DNA of 64,000 bases. It comes from the human T2T-CHM13v2.0 reference genome, Homo sapiens. The position numbers were made by a program, and so were the translations under genes. Below, in pieces: positions 19,221 to 36,124 of the stretch. Numbering within the stretch: the stretch's first letter is position 1; each line of letters begins with the position of its first letter. The notes below the pieces were generated by a model. It saw nothing but the letters and a program-made list of their open reading frames with translations, had not been told where the DNA came from and ran no database searches. The stretch lies in the NCBI RefSeq assembly GCF_009914755.1, contig NC_060940.1, one strand, 5' to 3'.

Positions 19221-21569
19221 TAAGCACGAGCCACTGTTCCCAGCCCCAGCTGCAGTCTTTGGATGGGGCATGTGTTGTCCAGTTTGCCACAGTCCCCACC
19301 ATGCCCTATTGTCTTCCCTGCCACTGATTGAGTGGCAGATGCCCCCTTTTGTTGCGTTTGCCACACTTTGCTCTTGCATTGGCTACTTTGGTCACTTATA
19401 TACTAACTGCCTGGGGTCTAATGGCCTTGAGTTTTCACTATCTGGCATAGGGGGTGGGTTGCTAAGCTACATAGGAAACTGCTCTGTCCCGGGGGATACA
19501 CAACTTAGTGAGTGACAGAGACAAGGAAACAACTTCATTAATTACAGCTGATGTGTATTGAGCACTTACTATGTATGTACCTGGCAGTATTCTTGGTGTT
19601 TCACGTGTCTTGAAATTCATTGAATTTTCACAACAACCCTGTGAGATGGGTCCTGCTTTGTTCCCATCTTACAGGTGAGGAAACAAGGCAAGAGAGGTTA
19701 AGTGTCCTGCTCAAGATCACACCACTAATGTGCAGCCGAGTCAGGGGTGGGACCCCAGATGCCATGCTTTTAGCCCCTGCAACCTGCAGCTTCTGAGCCC
19801 TGATCAGAGAGTTCTCGGAGAGTGTAGCCCTTGAGTATTGTAAAAAGAGGAGGGAGGCTGGGCATCGTGGCTCATGCCTGTAATCCCAGCACTTTGGGAG
19901 GCTGAGGCGGGAGAATCACTTGAGGTCGGGAATTTGAGACCAGTATAGCCAACATGGCAAAACCCCGTCTCTACTAAAAATAAAAAAATTAGCCGGCGTG
20001 GTGGCACACACCTGTAGTCCTAGCTACTCAAGAGGCTGAGGCAGGAGAATTGCTTGAACCCGGGAAGTGGAGGCTGCAGTAAGCCGAGATCGCACCACTG
20101 TGCTCCAGTCTGGGGGACAGAGCGAGACCTCATCTCAAAAAAGAAAAAGAAAAAAAAAAGGAGAGAACAAGTTTAAGGCAGGACATTCTGAGCAGGGTGA
20201 ACAGTGTGTCCAGGGAGGGGTGGAAGGTTAAGGGGAGGATGCAGGCAGGGAGGACAAGGTGTTCGGTGAAGGAACACGGTGTGAAGGTTGGGGGGATAGA
20301 GTGGATGTGACAGAGGGGTCAGGAAAGACAACGTGGAGCCAGGTTGCCAAGGACCATGAATCTTTATTTTTCTAAGTTAATTTTTCATTTTTTAAATTTT
20401 AGAGTCAGAGTCATACTCTGTTGCCCAGGCTGGACTTCACTGGCGTGAGATCACAGCTCACTGCAGGCTTGAACTCCTGGGCTCAAATGATCCTTCTGCC
20501 TCAGCCTCCCAAGTAGCTGGGAGTGTAGACATGCACCAACATGCCCATCTACATTTATTTTTTATTTATTTATTTTTTTATTTTTCCCCCCGAGATGGAG
20601 TTTCGCTTTGTTGCCCAGGCTGAAATGTAATGGTGTGATCTTGAGTTGCCGCAACCTCTGCCTCCTGGATTCAAGCGATTCTCCTGCCTCAGCCTCCCGA
20701 GAAGCTGGGATTACAGGCATGCGCCACCACGCCCGGCTGATTTTGTATTTTTAGTAGAGATGGGATTTCACCATGTTGGCCAGGCTGGTCTCGAACTCCG
20801 GACCTCAGGTGATCCACCCACCTAGGCCCCCCAAAGTGCTGGGATTACAGGCATGAGCCACCACCCCCGGCCAGTTTGTTATTTTTGTAGAGACAGGGTC
20901 TCCCTATGTTGCCCAGGCTGGCCTCAAACTCCTTGTCTCAAGTGATCCTCCTGTCTGGGCCTCCTAAAGTGCTAGGATTATAGGTGTGAGCCACCATGCC
21001 CTGCCCAGACCATGATTCTATATAGCACACATATGTGCTGTCCACTCTCTGCCAAGAACTGTCCTAATCCCTTTATTAACCCTTTTACGTTGTAAATAAG
21101 GTAAGCAAAGTGTGGTACAGAGAGGAGAAGGACTGGCCCAAGGTCACCTGGTCAGTAAGTGGTAGGGCCAGCTTCCAGTCTAGGCCCCAGCGTGTAGCCT
21201 GGCACCTGCTTTACGCCTGGCTCTCCTGCTGGGTTTGATTCCCCTTTGTGTCCTCAGAGCCTGGCCCTGTGCCTGGCATGCAGTAAGCGTTCCATAAATG
21301 CATGGAGGGAATGAGAGAGTAAAGGGCTTTGCTTTGTCCTGAATTCGGGTCTTGGGCTCTGTGTTCTGGCAGTGGGGTATTAGAGTGGATTTTTTTTTTT
21401 TCAATTTCACTATAATAGAGACAGGGTCTTTCCATGTTGCCCAGGCTAGTCTTAAACTCCCGAGCCCAAGTGATCCCTCTGCCTTGGCCTCCTAAAGTGG
21501 TGGGATTACAGGCATGAGCCACCATACGTGGTCAGCTGTTTTTGACTTGAGTAGGTCATCCTCCCTTAA

Positions 21570-21890
<321 letters not shown>

Positions 21891-22190
21891 TGATCGTTCA
21901 TTTATGCCTCTGTCACCCTGGGGGAAACAGGGGTGATAGTCTGAGGGTTGGGGCTTTTGACTCCTCAGGGGACTCTGAGCTGGGCTGGCCAAGAGGTGAA
22001 CTGGCCTATGAGATCCTCAGCCTCTCTTTATCCACCTGAGATCTCTGGGATGGAATGGAGGACCACCAGCTCAGCTGTGAATGCGTCAGAAACATTCGGA
22101 CTATATCCCAGGGAACCAGGATATGCAGGCACTGGTAATATGGGACAGGATGCAGCCAGCACATGTTTTTTTTTTTTTTCTTTGAGATAG

Positions 22191-22436
<246 letters not shown>

Positions 22437-22879
22437 TGAGCCACTGCGCCCGGCTGATTTTTTTTTTTTATCCCTACTCTGTATCAAGCGTTGGAGACAC
22501 AACCATATAGTCTAGCTGTGCAAACAGACATTAAACAAATGATTCCTCAAAAGGCACAAAGTGTTTGAACGTCTGCAGAGTGCTGTGTGAGGGTGAAGGC
22601 AGGGGAGCTTGGTTTGGTCTGGGGCATAGCCAGGCTTCTCTGAGGGAGGGATGGTGGAGGTGAAGCCTGAGAATGAGCAAGTTGTTAAAAAGCTTAAGGG
22701 GCTGAGGGCAGAGGACCAGCTGGGGAGAAAAGCACATGTAAAGTCCTGGGGGTCACAGGGAAAACTTGAGAGTTGTGTGTGGCTGGAGCAGAGATGGCCG
22801 AGGCGGAGAGCAGGGGTGATGGGGCAGAGGCTGACCCCGGGAACGTTGAGCATCAGGGCAAGTGGGTTTTGTTTTCTGT

Positions 22880-23735
<856 letters not shown>

Positions 23736-24562
23736 TGATTTGTCTGTGTTGCTCCAAGGGGCTCCCATGGGACCTCCAAGGGCAGGAGCTGTGGGCCGAT
23801 GCCAGGCTGGCCCCATCAGCAGGAAACAGCAAGACAGGCGGCTCCAAATTTTGCCAGGCTGGGATGGAGCCGAGCCGGGAACGGTGTTTGCAGAGTGACT
23901 GTTCCCCTGGGGGACCCTAGGCTTGTCCTCACGTTACCTTTGTCCCATCAGTTGCTGCTCTGGCTGGGGAAGTTGTTTACATTGGCTGCTGTGTGCTGCT
24001 GCTAGGAATTTTGAGGAGTGTGCACTTTTTTTTTTTTTTTTTTTTGCTGTTGTTGAGGCGGAGTCTCGCTCTGTCACCAGGCTGGAGTGCAGTGGCACGA
24101 TCTAGGCTCACTGTAACTTCTACCTCCTATGTTCAAGCGATTCTCCTGCCTCAGCCTCCCGAGTAGCTGGGACCACAGGCACGCGCCACCATGCCCAGCT
24201 AATTTTTGTATTTTTAGTAGAGACGGGGTTTCACCACGTTGGCCAGGATGGTGTCGATCACTTGACTTCGTGATCCACCCACCTCGGCCTCCCAAAGTGT
24301 TGGGATTACAGGCGTGAGCCACCACGCCTGACCTGGAGTGTGTGCTTTTGGAATAACCTGCTGTTCCTGCCATCTTGGAGCTAATTAGAGACTGGCATGA
24401 GGCAAAGGAAGGAAAAGAAGCTGAACATTTGACTATTGATTGCCTACATATTATTATGAGTGATAGCAGCTGATGCTGATTGAGTTCATGTTTTCAAAGT
24501 GCCTCGCAGGGGACTGTGTATGTGTCACGAATAATCTTCCTGACCTCTTGCAGTGACTTGGA

Positions 24563-24772
24563 CAGAATTTCTCAGCCTCAGCACTAATCGACATTTTGGA
24601 TTGGAGACTCGTTGGTTGTAGGGGCTGTCCTGTGCTTTGTAGACATTTAGGGGTGTCCCTGGCTTCCCCTGACTGGGTGCCATAACACTCCCAAGTTACC
24701 ACAAAGAAGATATCCCCAGACACTGCCAGATGTTTCCTGGGAGGCAGAATCACCCCTGGTTAAGAACCACCG
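24563..24772 (-). mobile_element. MER20, inserted in a MIR
   Basis: cagaatttctcagcctcagcactaatcgacattttgg...ggggctgtcctgtgc...cacccctggttaagaaccaccg. Confidence 0.8.
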
Positions 24773-25007
24773 GTGGTTTATAGGTGGGGAATCTGAGGCA
24801 CAGAAAGGTTAAATAAGTTGACAAGATCCCACAGCCAGTGTGAGAGAGCCAGGCCTTGATACAGCTCTGTTTCACTCCCAAGCCCTGTCTTCCTCCCATC
24901 AGGCAGCGGTGAGCAGTGAGACTACCCGTGATGGAGCCGGCTTTCTGCCATTACATCCCGGGGGGAGCTGGGAGCCCCTGGGGAGCCTGCAGTGTCCCTG
25001 TGGCTGA

Positions 25008-25283
<276 letters not shown>

Positions 25284-25393
25284 TGAGGTGTTCCGCCTGT
25301 CTCGGCCTCCAAAAGTGCTAGGATTACAGGCGTGAGCCACCACACCCAGCCCCAGAATGTGATCTTTTTCTTCCTTCCTTCCCCACCATGTAG

Positions 25394-25558
<165 letters not shown>

Positions 25559-26304
25559 TGAGAGAGATGCGTGACACAGTACCAGCTAACATTTCTTAGA
25601 TCCATCCAGGATCTCGTTCCAGCCTCCCTCAACCCCTGATACAGGGAATATCATCCCACCTACTTTACAGATGGAAAAACTGAGGCTTAGATGTGGCTGG
25701 GGGAGCTGAAGGAGAGAATCTGCTTTGTCATTGATGAACTGCTGTCTTGCAGGCCTGTAGGTTTCTCACTTGGCATGGTGATTTTGGAAAATGTGAGCAG
25801 ATAATTACAAATCAGGTATTTTTTATGAATTCTAGCTGTCCAGATGTTCTGGAAAAGTAAAGTTCTGACAGATTAGGCCTATTCCTACAGGGCAGAGCTG
25901 AGGAGTTGCTGGAGTCCCCGGCACTCCCTATTGTATTATACTGGCATGCTTTCCTCACTTGTGGCAAATGCCTGGCCCCTGAGGGATTTGAGTTTGAGAT
26001 CCTTGGTCTATTTTGTCAGTTTCAGAGAAATTCTGTAAATATGGAAACTTATCAGTGAGGAGTGTAGAGATGGCCACCGTTTCTGCTAGTAGAACAAAAG
26101 GGAACACTTTATTAATTTCCCTTAATTCTTTTCTTCTTTTTTTTGAGACAGGGTTTTGCTCTGTTGCCTAGGCTGGAGTGCAGTGGTGTGATCTCGGCTC
26201 ACTGTAGTCTTGACCTCCTGGGCTCAAGCAATCTTCCTACCTCAGCTTTCTGAGTAGCTGGAATTACAGGCACACACCACCATGCCTGGCTAATTTTTTT
26301 TCTT

Positions 26305-26475
26305 TCTTCAACTTTTATTTTAAGTTCCAGGGTATAGGTACAGGATGTGCAAGTTCGTTACATAGGTAGATGTGTGCCATGGTGATTTGCTGCACAGATC
26401 AACCCATCATCTAGGAATCAAGCCCAGGATCCATTAGCTATTCCTCCTGATGTTCTCCCTACACCTGCTCCCCAA
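26305..26475 (-). mobile_element. Older L1PA 3' end (L1PA13-16-like) inserted into the linker of an antisense Alu
   Basis: acttttattttaagttccagggta...caggatgtgcaagttcgttacataggta...tgctgcacagatcaacccatca...ccattagctattc. Confidence 0.75.
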
Positions 26476-27155
26476 CTTGGCTTACTTTTAATTAATTAAT
26501 AATTAAAGATGGGGAGATGGTCTCAAACCCCTGGGCTCAAGCGATCCTCTTGCCTTGGCCTCTCAAAGTGCTGGGATTACAGGTGTGAGTCACCACGCCT
26601 CGCCTATTCTTTATTTTTTTAAATAGAGATGGGATCTTGCTGTGTTGCCCAGGCTCATGTGCAGCTTTTGATAAGAGAGATCTGGGAAGGCCTGCCCAGA
26701 AAACTGCATGTGAGCGGAGACCTAGAGGGGTGAGGTAGTGGGTGGAGCAAACACCTAGAGGAAGAGTGTTCCAGGCAGAGGGGAATAAGTACAAGGGCCC
26801 TGGGGTGGGGAGGTGTGGAGAGAACAGCAAGAAAAGCCAGCACAGCAGGAGAAGGCTAAGAGACAGTGGGTGCCTGAGAGGTGGGACAGCCCCCTTGTGA
26901 GCCAGATGAGCTGTTTGGGTTTTATTGTGAGTATGGGGCAGGGAGGCCTTGGAGCACCTATTTGATGCTGATTCATGGCTAGTCAGCTGGTAATGGGCGG
27001 ATTGCAGTGGGAGAACTTTTCACCTCTGTGGTTCTGTTGGGTTTGGCCTAAACCTCTGTGAGGGGCAGAGGCTCACCTTGTGGGTGACGAAAGGGCTTGG
27101 TGGGCATCAGTATGGAGGAGGAGGTTGATGATAACTAAGAGATTTTAGAAACCTA

Positions 27156-27773
<618 letters not shown>

Positions 27774-29331
27774 TCATGCCTGTAATCCCAGCACTTTGAA
27801 AGGCCAAGGCTAGAGGATCGCTTGAGCCCAGGGGTCACCCCATTTTGGATCCCTGGCTGGTGCCTGACACAGAAGAGAGGGGCTCATGAGTCAGTGGCTG
27901 TTATATGTATTGTGTATCAGTGTGTGTAAGTGTGTGGCAGCCGAGTGTCCCTGTTTGTCAAATGTTGGGCTATTCTTTTTTGTCTTTTGTTTGTTGTTTT
28001 TTTCTGTTGTTTTGTTTTGTTTTTAGACGGATTCTTGCTCTTGTTGCCCAGGCTAGAGTGCAGTGGCATGATCTCGGCCCACTGCAACCCCGCCTCCTGG
28101 GTTCAAGCGATTCTTCTGCTTCAGCCTCCTGAGTAGCTGGGATTACAGGCGCCCATCACCATGCTCGACTAATTTTTGCATTTTTAGTAGAGATGGGGCT
28201 TCACCATCTTGGCCCGGCTGGTCTCGAACTCCTGACCTCAAGTGATCCACCCGCCTCGGCCTCCCAAAATGTTGGGATTACAGGTGTGAGCCACCGTGTC
28301 TGGCCGAGCCATTCTTTAGAACTGGGATTTATACAAAACAAGTCACACCTCAACTGGGTGGCTGCAGACCTTGGATTGCTCAGGGTAAACAGAGTCTGGT
28401 TGGGGCTGCCTGGCTGGCGTGGGGATCACCCAACCCATCAAGCTTCCTCTGGGAGCCTGGGAAGAGCTCTCTTGCCATGGATGGTTCTGGAAGCTTTTTG
28501 AAGGAGGGACTTTCTTAATTTCTGATCTCCCTTGGGAATCTGGATAAATTCCCTTTCACTTCTCCCCTGGGCGTGTGTGTACCAGGGTGACTCACAGATC
28601 TGACTTGGACCTTTTTTTGTGCTTTCTGCATTCCTGGCAGCCTGGGCCTGGGATTTGCTCTGCCACCCTGGGTGACATGAAGCTCTCAGCTCTGGCGGCT
28701 AAAAGGCTACACTGTTGTGGGGCTGGGACACCCTGACTCTTCTCCCCAGTCATTGTTTTCTGTTTCTGTGTCATCTCCCCCAGCTCGGCTCCTCCTGTGT
28801 CACTGCTGGTCTTCCAAGATGGTGGAAGACACTGTGGTTTGTCTCTTTGCAGTCTCGCTCTGTCGCCAAGGCTGTAGTGCAGTGGCATGATCTTGGCTCT
28901 GCAGCCTCTGCCTCCCAGGTTCAAGCAATTCTCCTGCCTCAGCCTCCTGAGTAACTGGGACTACAGGCGCACACCACCATGCCTGGCTAGTTTTTGTATT
29001 TTTAGTAGAGATGGGGTTTCACCGTGTTGGCCAGGATGGTCTCGATCTCCTGACTTCAAGTGATCCGCCCACTTTGGCCTCCCAAAGTGCTGGGATTACA
29101 GGCTTGAGCCACCGTGCCCGGCTGTGGTCTGCCTCTTGTGCAGTGAGATCCAGCAGGGTGTCAAATGTGGGTGTGCAGGCTGCTGCATTTCTGACATTTG
29201 TGCACCTGTCCAGGAGAGAACACTTTGATTGGCTGACACTCTCTGTCCAGGAAGCCTGAACTTCCCTCTGGGTTCCTGTTCAGGAACCCCATGGGGTTGC
29301 CATTTACCTTTTTGCAGATTAGAGTTTAGAC

Positions 29332-29550
29332 CAGGAGTTAGCCAGTAGCCCATGGGCCGAATCTGGCCTGCTGCCTGTTTTTGTAAATAAAGTTTTATTG
29401 GAACACAGCCACTCGCGTTCATCACATAGTGTCTACAGGTGTCTGGAGCTGCAGCAGTGGAGTTGTGTAGTTGCTACAGAGACTGTAGCACCCACAAAGT
29501 CTAAGATACCTACCATCTGACCCTTTACAGAAGAAGTTTGTCCACCCCTG
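29332..29550 (+). mobile_element. MER58A, near full length
   Basis: caggagttagcc...gggccgaatctggcctgctgcctgtttttgtaaataaagttttattggaacacagccac...ccctttacagaagaagtttgtccacccctg. Confidence 0.85.
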
Positions 29551-31108
29551 GCCTAAGCATTTCTTTAGCTCTGATGACTTTTTAGCTTCCTTTTTTGTCC
29601 CCTTTCCATTTGCAGGCATTCTTTCTTCCTATGCAAGGCAAGGACGGGAATCGACATTTATTAGATGCTTGCGGTGTACTGGCTAGCACTATGCTAAGTT
29701 CTTTATATGCATGTCTCACTTGACTCTCACAGCAGTCCTGGTGAACTTGGTACTATTTTTCTCATTTTACAGACAAACAATCGCAGACATAAGTGCCTTG
29801 CTCGACCTGAGTAGTAGAGCAGAGATTCGAACTCACGACTGGCTGTTGTGCACAATCATGTCACTTCGCTTGGTTGTAACTGCTGAATGGGAGGGTCTTG
29901 GCTAAATAATGGCTTTGTGTTAGGCTAGAGGCTTCACGTGGCAGTATCCACCTTGTAACCTCAGTGCCTAAGACACAGCCAGGCACACGGTGGGCCTGTA
30001 GTGGTAATTTATTGTTGTGTTATATGGGGAGGTGCTCAGTACATGTGGCACGTATATTATGTCTTGCATAAGGGTGAAGTGTGCATGAGGCCTCACAGGA
30101 CATCAGATTAAGCTGCTTCTCTGCCTTCATCCTGTTCAAGTATTACCAGCAAGAAAGAGGAAGGGGACTGATGTATGCACAGATGTTCTGAAGGCTTGGC
30201 ATGGTGTCAAGAGCCTTATTTTTTTTTTTAATGTTGCATTTTGGGGGGTTAAATATATGTAACCTAAGATTTGCCATTTTAACCATTTTAAGTATGCAAT
30301 TCAGTGATGCTAAGTGCTTTTAAAAATCTTGTTCAAGGCCAGGTGTGGTGGCTTACACCTATAAACCCAGCACTTTGGGAGGCCGAGGCAGGTAGATCAC
30401 CTGAGATCAGGAGTTTGAGACCAGCCTGACCAACATGGTGAAATCCCATCTCTACTAAAAATACAAAAATTAGCTGGGCATGGTGTTGAGCACCTGTGAT
30501 CCCTGCTATTTAGGAGGCAGAGGCAGGAGAATTGCTTGTGCCCGGGAGGCGGAGGTTGCAGTGAGCTGAGATCGCTCCAGTCTGGGCAACAGACTGAGAC
30601 CCTGTCTCAAACAAACAACGAACAAATGAACAAACAAACAAACAAAATAACCACATAACTACCTAGCAACGTAGCCTAGCAATTGAGATGGGGGCAAGGA
30701 AGGGTAGGAACCAGGTCCTGTGAGAATCAGCTAGACTTGTGGCTTTGGGCTCGGTGCTCTTCCTTTGGGGACGTCAGCAGCCCCTTCTTGAAAACGGGTT
30801 GCAACTCGATTTGTTGTTGGCTTCACCTCCTCTCTCTGTCCCAGACCTGAGCCCTGTGATCTGGGGAGGAGGACAACGGGACAACCTGTTTGCTTGTTTT
30901 CCCATCACTCTCAGGGATTGAATCACAGTGGAGCCAGGAAGATGGGGAGAGTCCAGGCTTGCTGCTCTCCCATCCTCAGAGCAGCAGCAGGCCATCCATC
31001 ACCTGTCGCCTGTCCTCAGAGTGATCAGCCAAGGCCTGGGGCGGCTGGGGTCAGGTCAGGCAGGGCCTGGGTGGGAGCTGGCAGGGCTGGCTCCTCCAGG
31101 CCACTTCG

Positions 31109-31169
31109 TGCTGAGTCACTGAGTCGGCCAATCCTCCCCAGCTGGCCCTGCTCCCACTCCATGACTCAG
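31109..31169. promoter_or_regulatory. Candidate NRF2/sMAF antioxidant response element plus AP-1 site (intronic enhancer core)
   Basis: TGCTGAGTCAC at 31109-31119 (reverse complement GTGACTCAGCA) and ATGACTCAG at 31161-31169, in apparently non-repeat GC-rich sequence. Confidence 0.6.
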
Positions 31170-31411
31170 ATGTCTATTCCAGCCCTGGCTGCTTGGTGGG
31201 GCTCCTCCCATCTGTCCTTCTGGCTCTGGGGCTGCCGAGGCTTTTGGGAGCCTGGGCAGGGCTGACCAAGACTGCCAGAGCTCCGGCCGGTCCCCAGTCT
31301 CCTGCCTTTTTTCTCATTGGCACTGAGTCTGTGGTTTAGGTTTGGGGGAGGAGGGTCTTGTAGATAAGGGGATCAAGGCCAAAGGAGATCATTTATTAGG
31401 TCCCAGCTGAA

Positions 31412-31555
31412 AGCAGAGGTCCTTGGACCAGTTGGAATGCTCGACATCCCCCGGAAGCTTGCTAGAAATGCTGGGTCTCAGGCCTCATCCCAGACCTACC
31501 AAGTCAAACTCATTTTAACAAGATCTCCAGGTGGTTCAGGGTTGCAAATCACTGG
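31412..31555. mobile_element. MER5-family (hAT-Charlie) fragment
   Basis: ggaagcttgctagaaatgc...ctcaggcctcatcccagacctac...cattttaacaagatctccaggtg. Confidence 0.7.
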
Positions 31556-31838
31556 TTTGGAACATTCAGTGAAAGCTACTCAGCTCGTTTGCAGTAAGAG
31601 GTATTTTTAGTCCTGTCTGTATAATATGTAATATTTTCCCCCCAGCATTTTACTATGAACATTCTTAAACCTACAGAAAAGTCGAAAGAATTCTACTGTG
31701 AGCAGTCATATAGTTGGTACCTAGAGCCACAGTTAACATTTTGCTAAACTTGCTTTGTCACATATCTGTCTGTCTAACCAGATAGCTAATCAGCCAGCCA
31801 ACCGGCTACTTTTGTTTTGTTTTTTGTTTTTGAGATAG

Positions 31839-31979
<141 letters not shown>

Positions 31980-32919
31980 TAATTTTTAAATTTTTTGTAG
32001 GCGTGAGGGCTCCTTATGTTGCCCAGTCTGGTCTTGAACTCCTGGCCTCAAGCCATCCTCCCACCTCAGCCTCCCAAAATACTGGGATTACAGGCCTGAG
32101 CCACTGAACCTAGTTTTTTTGATATCTGAAACTTCCTTCGAAATATATTAGTATTCTTTCATGCACCCACTTCCAAGTAAATCATTAGCTAGAGTTTAAG
32201 ATCTGTTTACACTTCTGAGTTTTTTGCTTAAAATTTACATACAGTGAAATTGCTGATCTCAAGTTAGCATTTGATGAATCTTGGTAAAGGAATACTTTAA
32301 ACCCCTGTCAAGATACAGAACACTGCAAGGACGCCAGGAAGTTCCCTCGTGCCCCTTCATGATCAGTCTCTGTCCCCACCCACCAAGGCCTGATCTTGGA
32401 CCGTTGATTAAAGCGTTGAAACTCCATTTTCTTTCCATTTCTCCGTCATGCTTTCAGTCATTTAATAATCAGGTGTTGTGCCAGGGGCTGAGCTAGAAAG
32501 AAACAGACCTTGACCACTGCCCTGGAGGAGAGATGGAAGGTGGGTGGCAGGCAGTTGAACCAACAACTGCAGGATGGACAGTGGGGGCTCTGAGGGAGGG
32601 AAGTGCTGGGAGTTGTGGGGGCTGGGAGAGTGGTCCCTGACTCAGCCTGGGGCTCCAGGGCTAGCATCCAGGGAGGAGAGGGGATGCTCAAGTCTAAGGA
32701 ATGCGAGGCTCTGGCCAGGTGAATATGGTTGGAGGTGGTGGGGTGGGAGGGTGCTCCTGGTAGAGCAACTGGCATGTGCAAAGGTCCAGTTGAGGGAGCT
32801 TGTGGGTGTTGGGAATCACTTGGAATTCGGCTTGGCTAGGCTGGGTGCAGTGGCTCATGCCTGTAATCCCAGCACTTTGGGAGGCCGAGGCAGGCAGATC
32901 ACCTGAGACTAGGAGCTCA

Positions 32920-33153
<234 letters not shown>

Positions 33154-34249
33154 CTAGATTGGAAGGGCTAGGATGTAAGCGAAAAGAGAGGCAAGAGTCA
33201 GGGAGCATCAGAGATCAAGGGTGCAATTATGTGTCACAATAAGGACTTGGAATTTTTTGTTTGTTTGTTTGTTTTGAGATGGAGTTTCACTCTGTCACCA
33301 AGGTTGGAGTGCGGTGGTGCCATCTCAGCTCACCGTGCCCTCCACCTCCGGGGCTCAAGCGATCCTCCCACCTCAGCCTCGCAAGTAGCTGGGACCATAG
33401 TTGCGTGCCACCACGCCCAAGTAACTTTTTCTGTTTTTGGTAGAGATGGGGTTTCTGTATGTTACTCAGGCTGGTCTTGAACTCCTGAGCTCAAGTGATG
33501 CCCTGCCTTGGCCTCCCAAAATGCTAGGATTACAGGGATGGGTGAACCACCACATCCAGCCAGGACTTGGAATTTTAACCCTACTGTGGTGGGAGCTGAG
33601 GAAAGGTTTTTCACCAGTGGAATGACACACTCAGGTTGGACAGGTTGTGGAAGATCCTCAGGCTCAAAGGAAGAGGATACATTGGACATGGGGGTGAGGT
33701 CGGTGGCACTTAAAAAGCCTTTGCAGGCACCCAGGCAGGTAGAGAGGGAGGCTGAGCCAGGATATTCCCCTGTGCCCACTACAGCATCAAAAACCAGAAA
33801 AAGGGCCAGGTGCGTGGCTCACACCTGTAGTCTTGGCATTTTGGGAGGCTTAGGGGGGAAGATTTCTTGAGACCAATCTGGTCAACATAGTGAGACCCCA
33901 TCTCTTGAAACAAAAAAACAAAGAAAACAGACAAGTTGATGGGCAAAGGGCATGGGCAAAGATTCTGGGGTGTGCTCCAGTAGAGGAAACGGAGGTCCTG
34001 GGCAGGGAGGCATTTTGCACAGTTGGTAAGCAACAGGGCAAACAAATCACCAGTGTTTACGTTATACTGGCAAATCTCTTACTGCTGGACATTTAGGCTC
34101 CGTCTAATAATAAGGATAACAGCTGGGTGCACTGTATTATTTATTTAGTCCTCACAGTAGGGCAGGATGATCAGTCTCCCCACTTGACAGATGAAGACAC
34201 TGAGGGTCAGAGTGGTGATGTGTCAGGAACCCTCCCACTGGGTTCTCAC

Positions 34250-34392
34250 GCTTGAAACACAGATTGCTGGTCCCCACCCACACAGTTTCTGATGCAGTAG
34301 GTCTGGGTGGGGCCCGAGCATCTGCGGTTCCCAACAAGTTCCCAGGTGCCACCGATGCTGGTGACAGAGCTGCGTTTGAGGATCACTGCTCT
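34250..34392. mobile_element. MER5-family fragment
   Basis: cagattgctggtccccacccacacagtttctgatgcagtaggtctgggtggggcccgag...tttgaggatcactg. Confidence 0.7.
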
Positions 34393-35003
34393 AAACATTA
34401 TTGCTGCTGCACGCATTGCCTCCTGCTGGGTGCAGGGGTTGTGGGGGGCACTTTGGCAGTGCAGAGCGGAGGTAACCAGCAGAAAACCCGTTAGAACTAA
34501 AAGCTGAGAGTGTTTCTGACAAACAGGTCAACATGCTGAAAGACCCAGACAAGGTCCTTAAACTACCCTGCGCTCCAAGAATCAGTGCCTGGGGCTGCCG
34601 TACCTAATTGGTTCAAACCACAGGGTTTCTGGCCAGCTCATCTGGTACCAAACGTAGATGTCAATATGGTGGATGCCAAAGAACACATCACTCTGTTTGG
34701 ATGAATCAGGCTTTTCCTCCCTCTGCCTTCAGCCAGGACTTCTCTGAATTGTTTTCATTTCAAATGAAAGAGGGACCAGTTCACAAGCTGCTTTCATGCT
34801 ATCTGGGACAGGAGTTACTGTATTTCAGTGTCTGAGGCTGGGAAACCCCCTGGAGGTGGCTCTGTCTTTTGTACCTAGTGTGTGATGTCAAAAGATTCTC
34901 CTTGGTTTGGGTTAAATGACATGCTCCCTGGATTACAATCCAGTGCCCCATGATTTTTTTTCCTCCTTTTTTATTGTCAATCCTTGACCTACTTCAGAAG
35001 TTA

Positions 35004-35174
<171 letters not shown>

Positions 35175-35661
35175 CTACAAATGCAAAAATTAGCCAGGCA
35201 TGGTGGTGTGCACCATGTAATCCCCGCTATGTGGCAGGATGAGGCAGGAGAACTGTTTCAATTTGGGAAGCGGAGGCTGCAGTGAGCTGAGAACGCACCA
35301 TTGCGCTGCAGCCTGGGCGATGAGAGTGAAACCGTCTCAAAAAAAAAAAAAAAAAAAAAAAGGCTATTTCCTTTTTTTTTTTTTTTTTTTTTTTTGCCAG
35401 TGAAGGGGGGACCCTGTGTTGGCCTCCCTATCGGTCACTTGAGATAATCTGAAAATCTGTGTTTAGATCCATAGAAGAGAGGCGGCCTGAGGAGAAGAAT
35501 TTGACAAAGCTCTTTGAGTGTGCAAATTAGAAATGGCAATTGCTGGGCGCGGTGGGTCATGCCTGTAATCCCAGCGCTTTGTGAGGCCGAGATAGGCGGA
35601 TCAGTTGAGGTCAGGAGTTCGAGACCAGCCTAGCCAACATGGTGAAACCCCATCTCTATCA

Positions 35662-35939
<278 letters not shown>

Positions 35940-36124
35940 TTAGGATTTGAGGGTCTTGTTAAGCTGGATATGGGCTGCATTTCAAGCCTCCCCTGGCTGT
36001 CTCTATCCTGCGTGTTGATGCCAAGGCTGAAGAAGACTGGATTTGCAGGCAAAAGACTGTCATTTGAGGCCTGTTTTCTCCCCTTAATCACTGTGTCTTG
36101 GTATGTTGTGGGGGTTGAGGTAGG

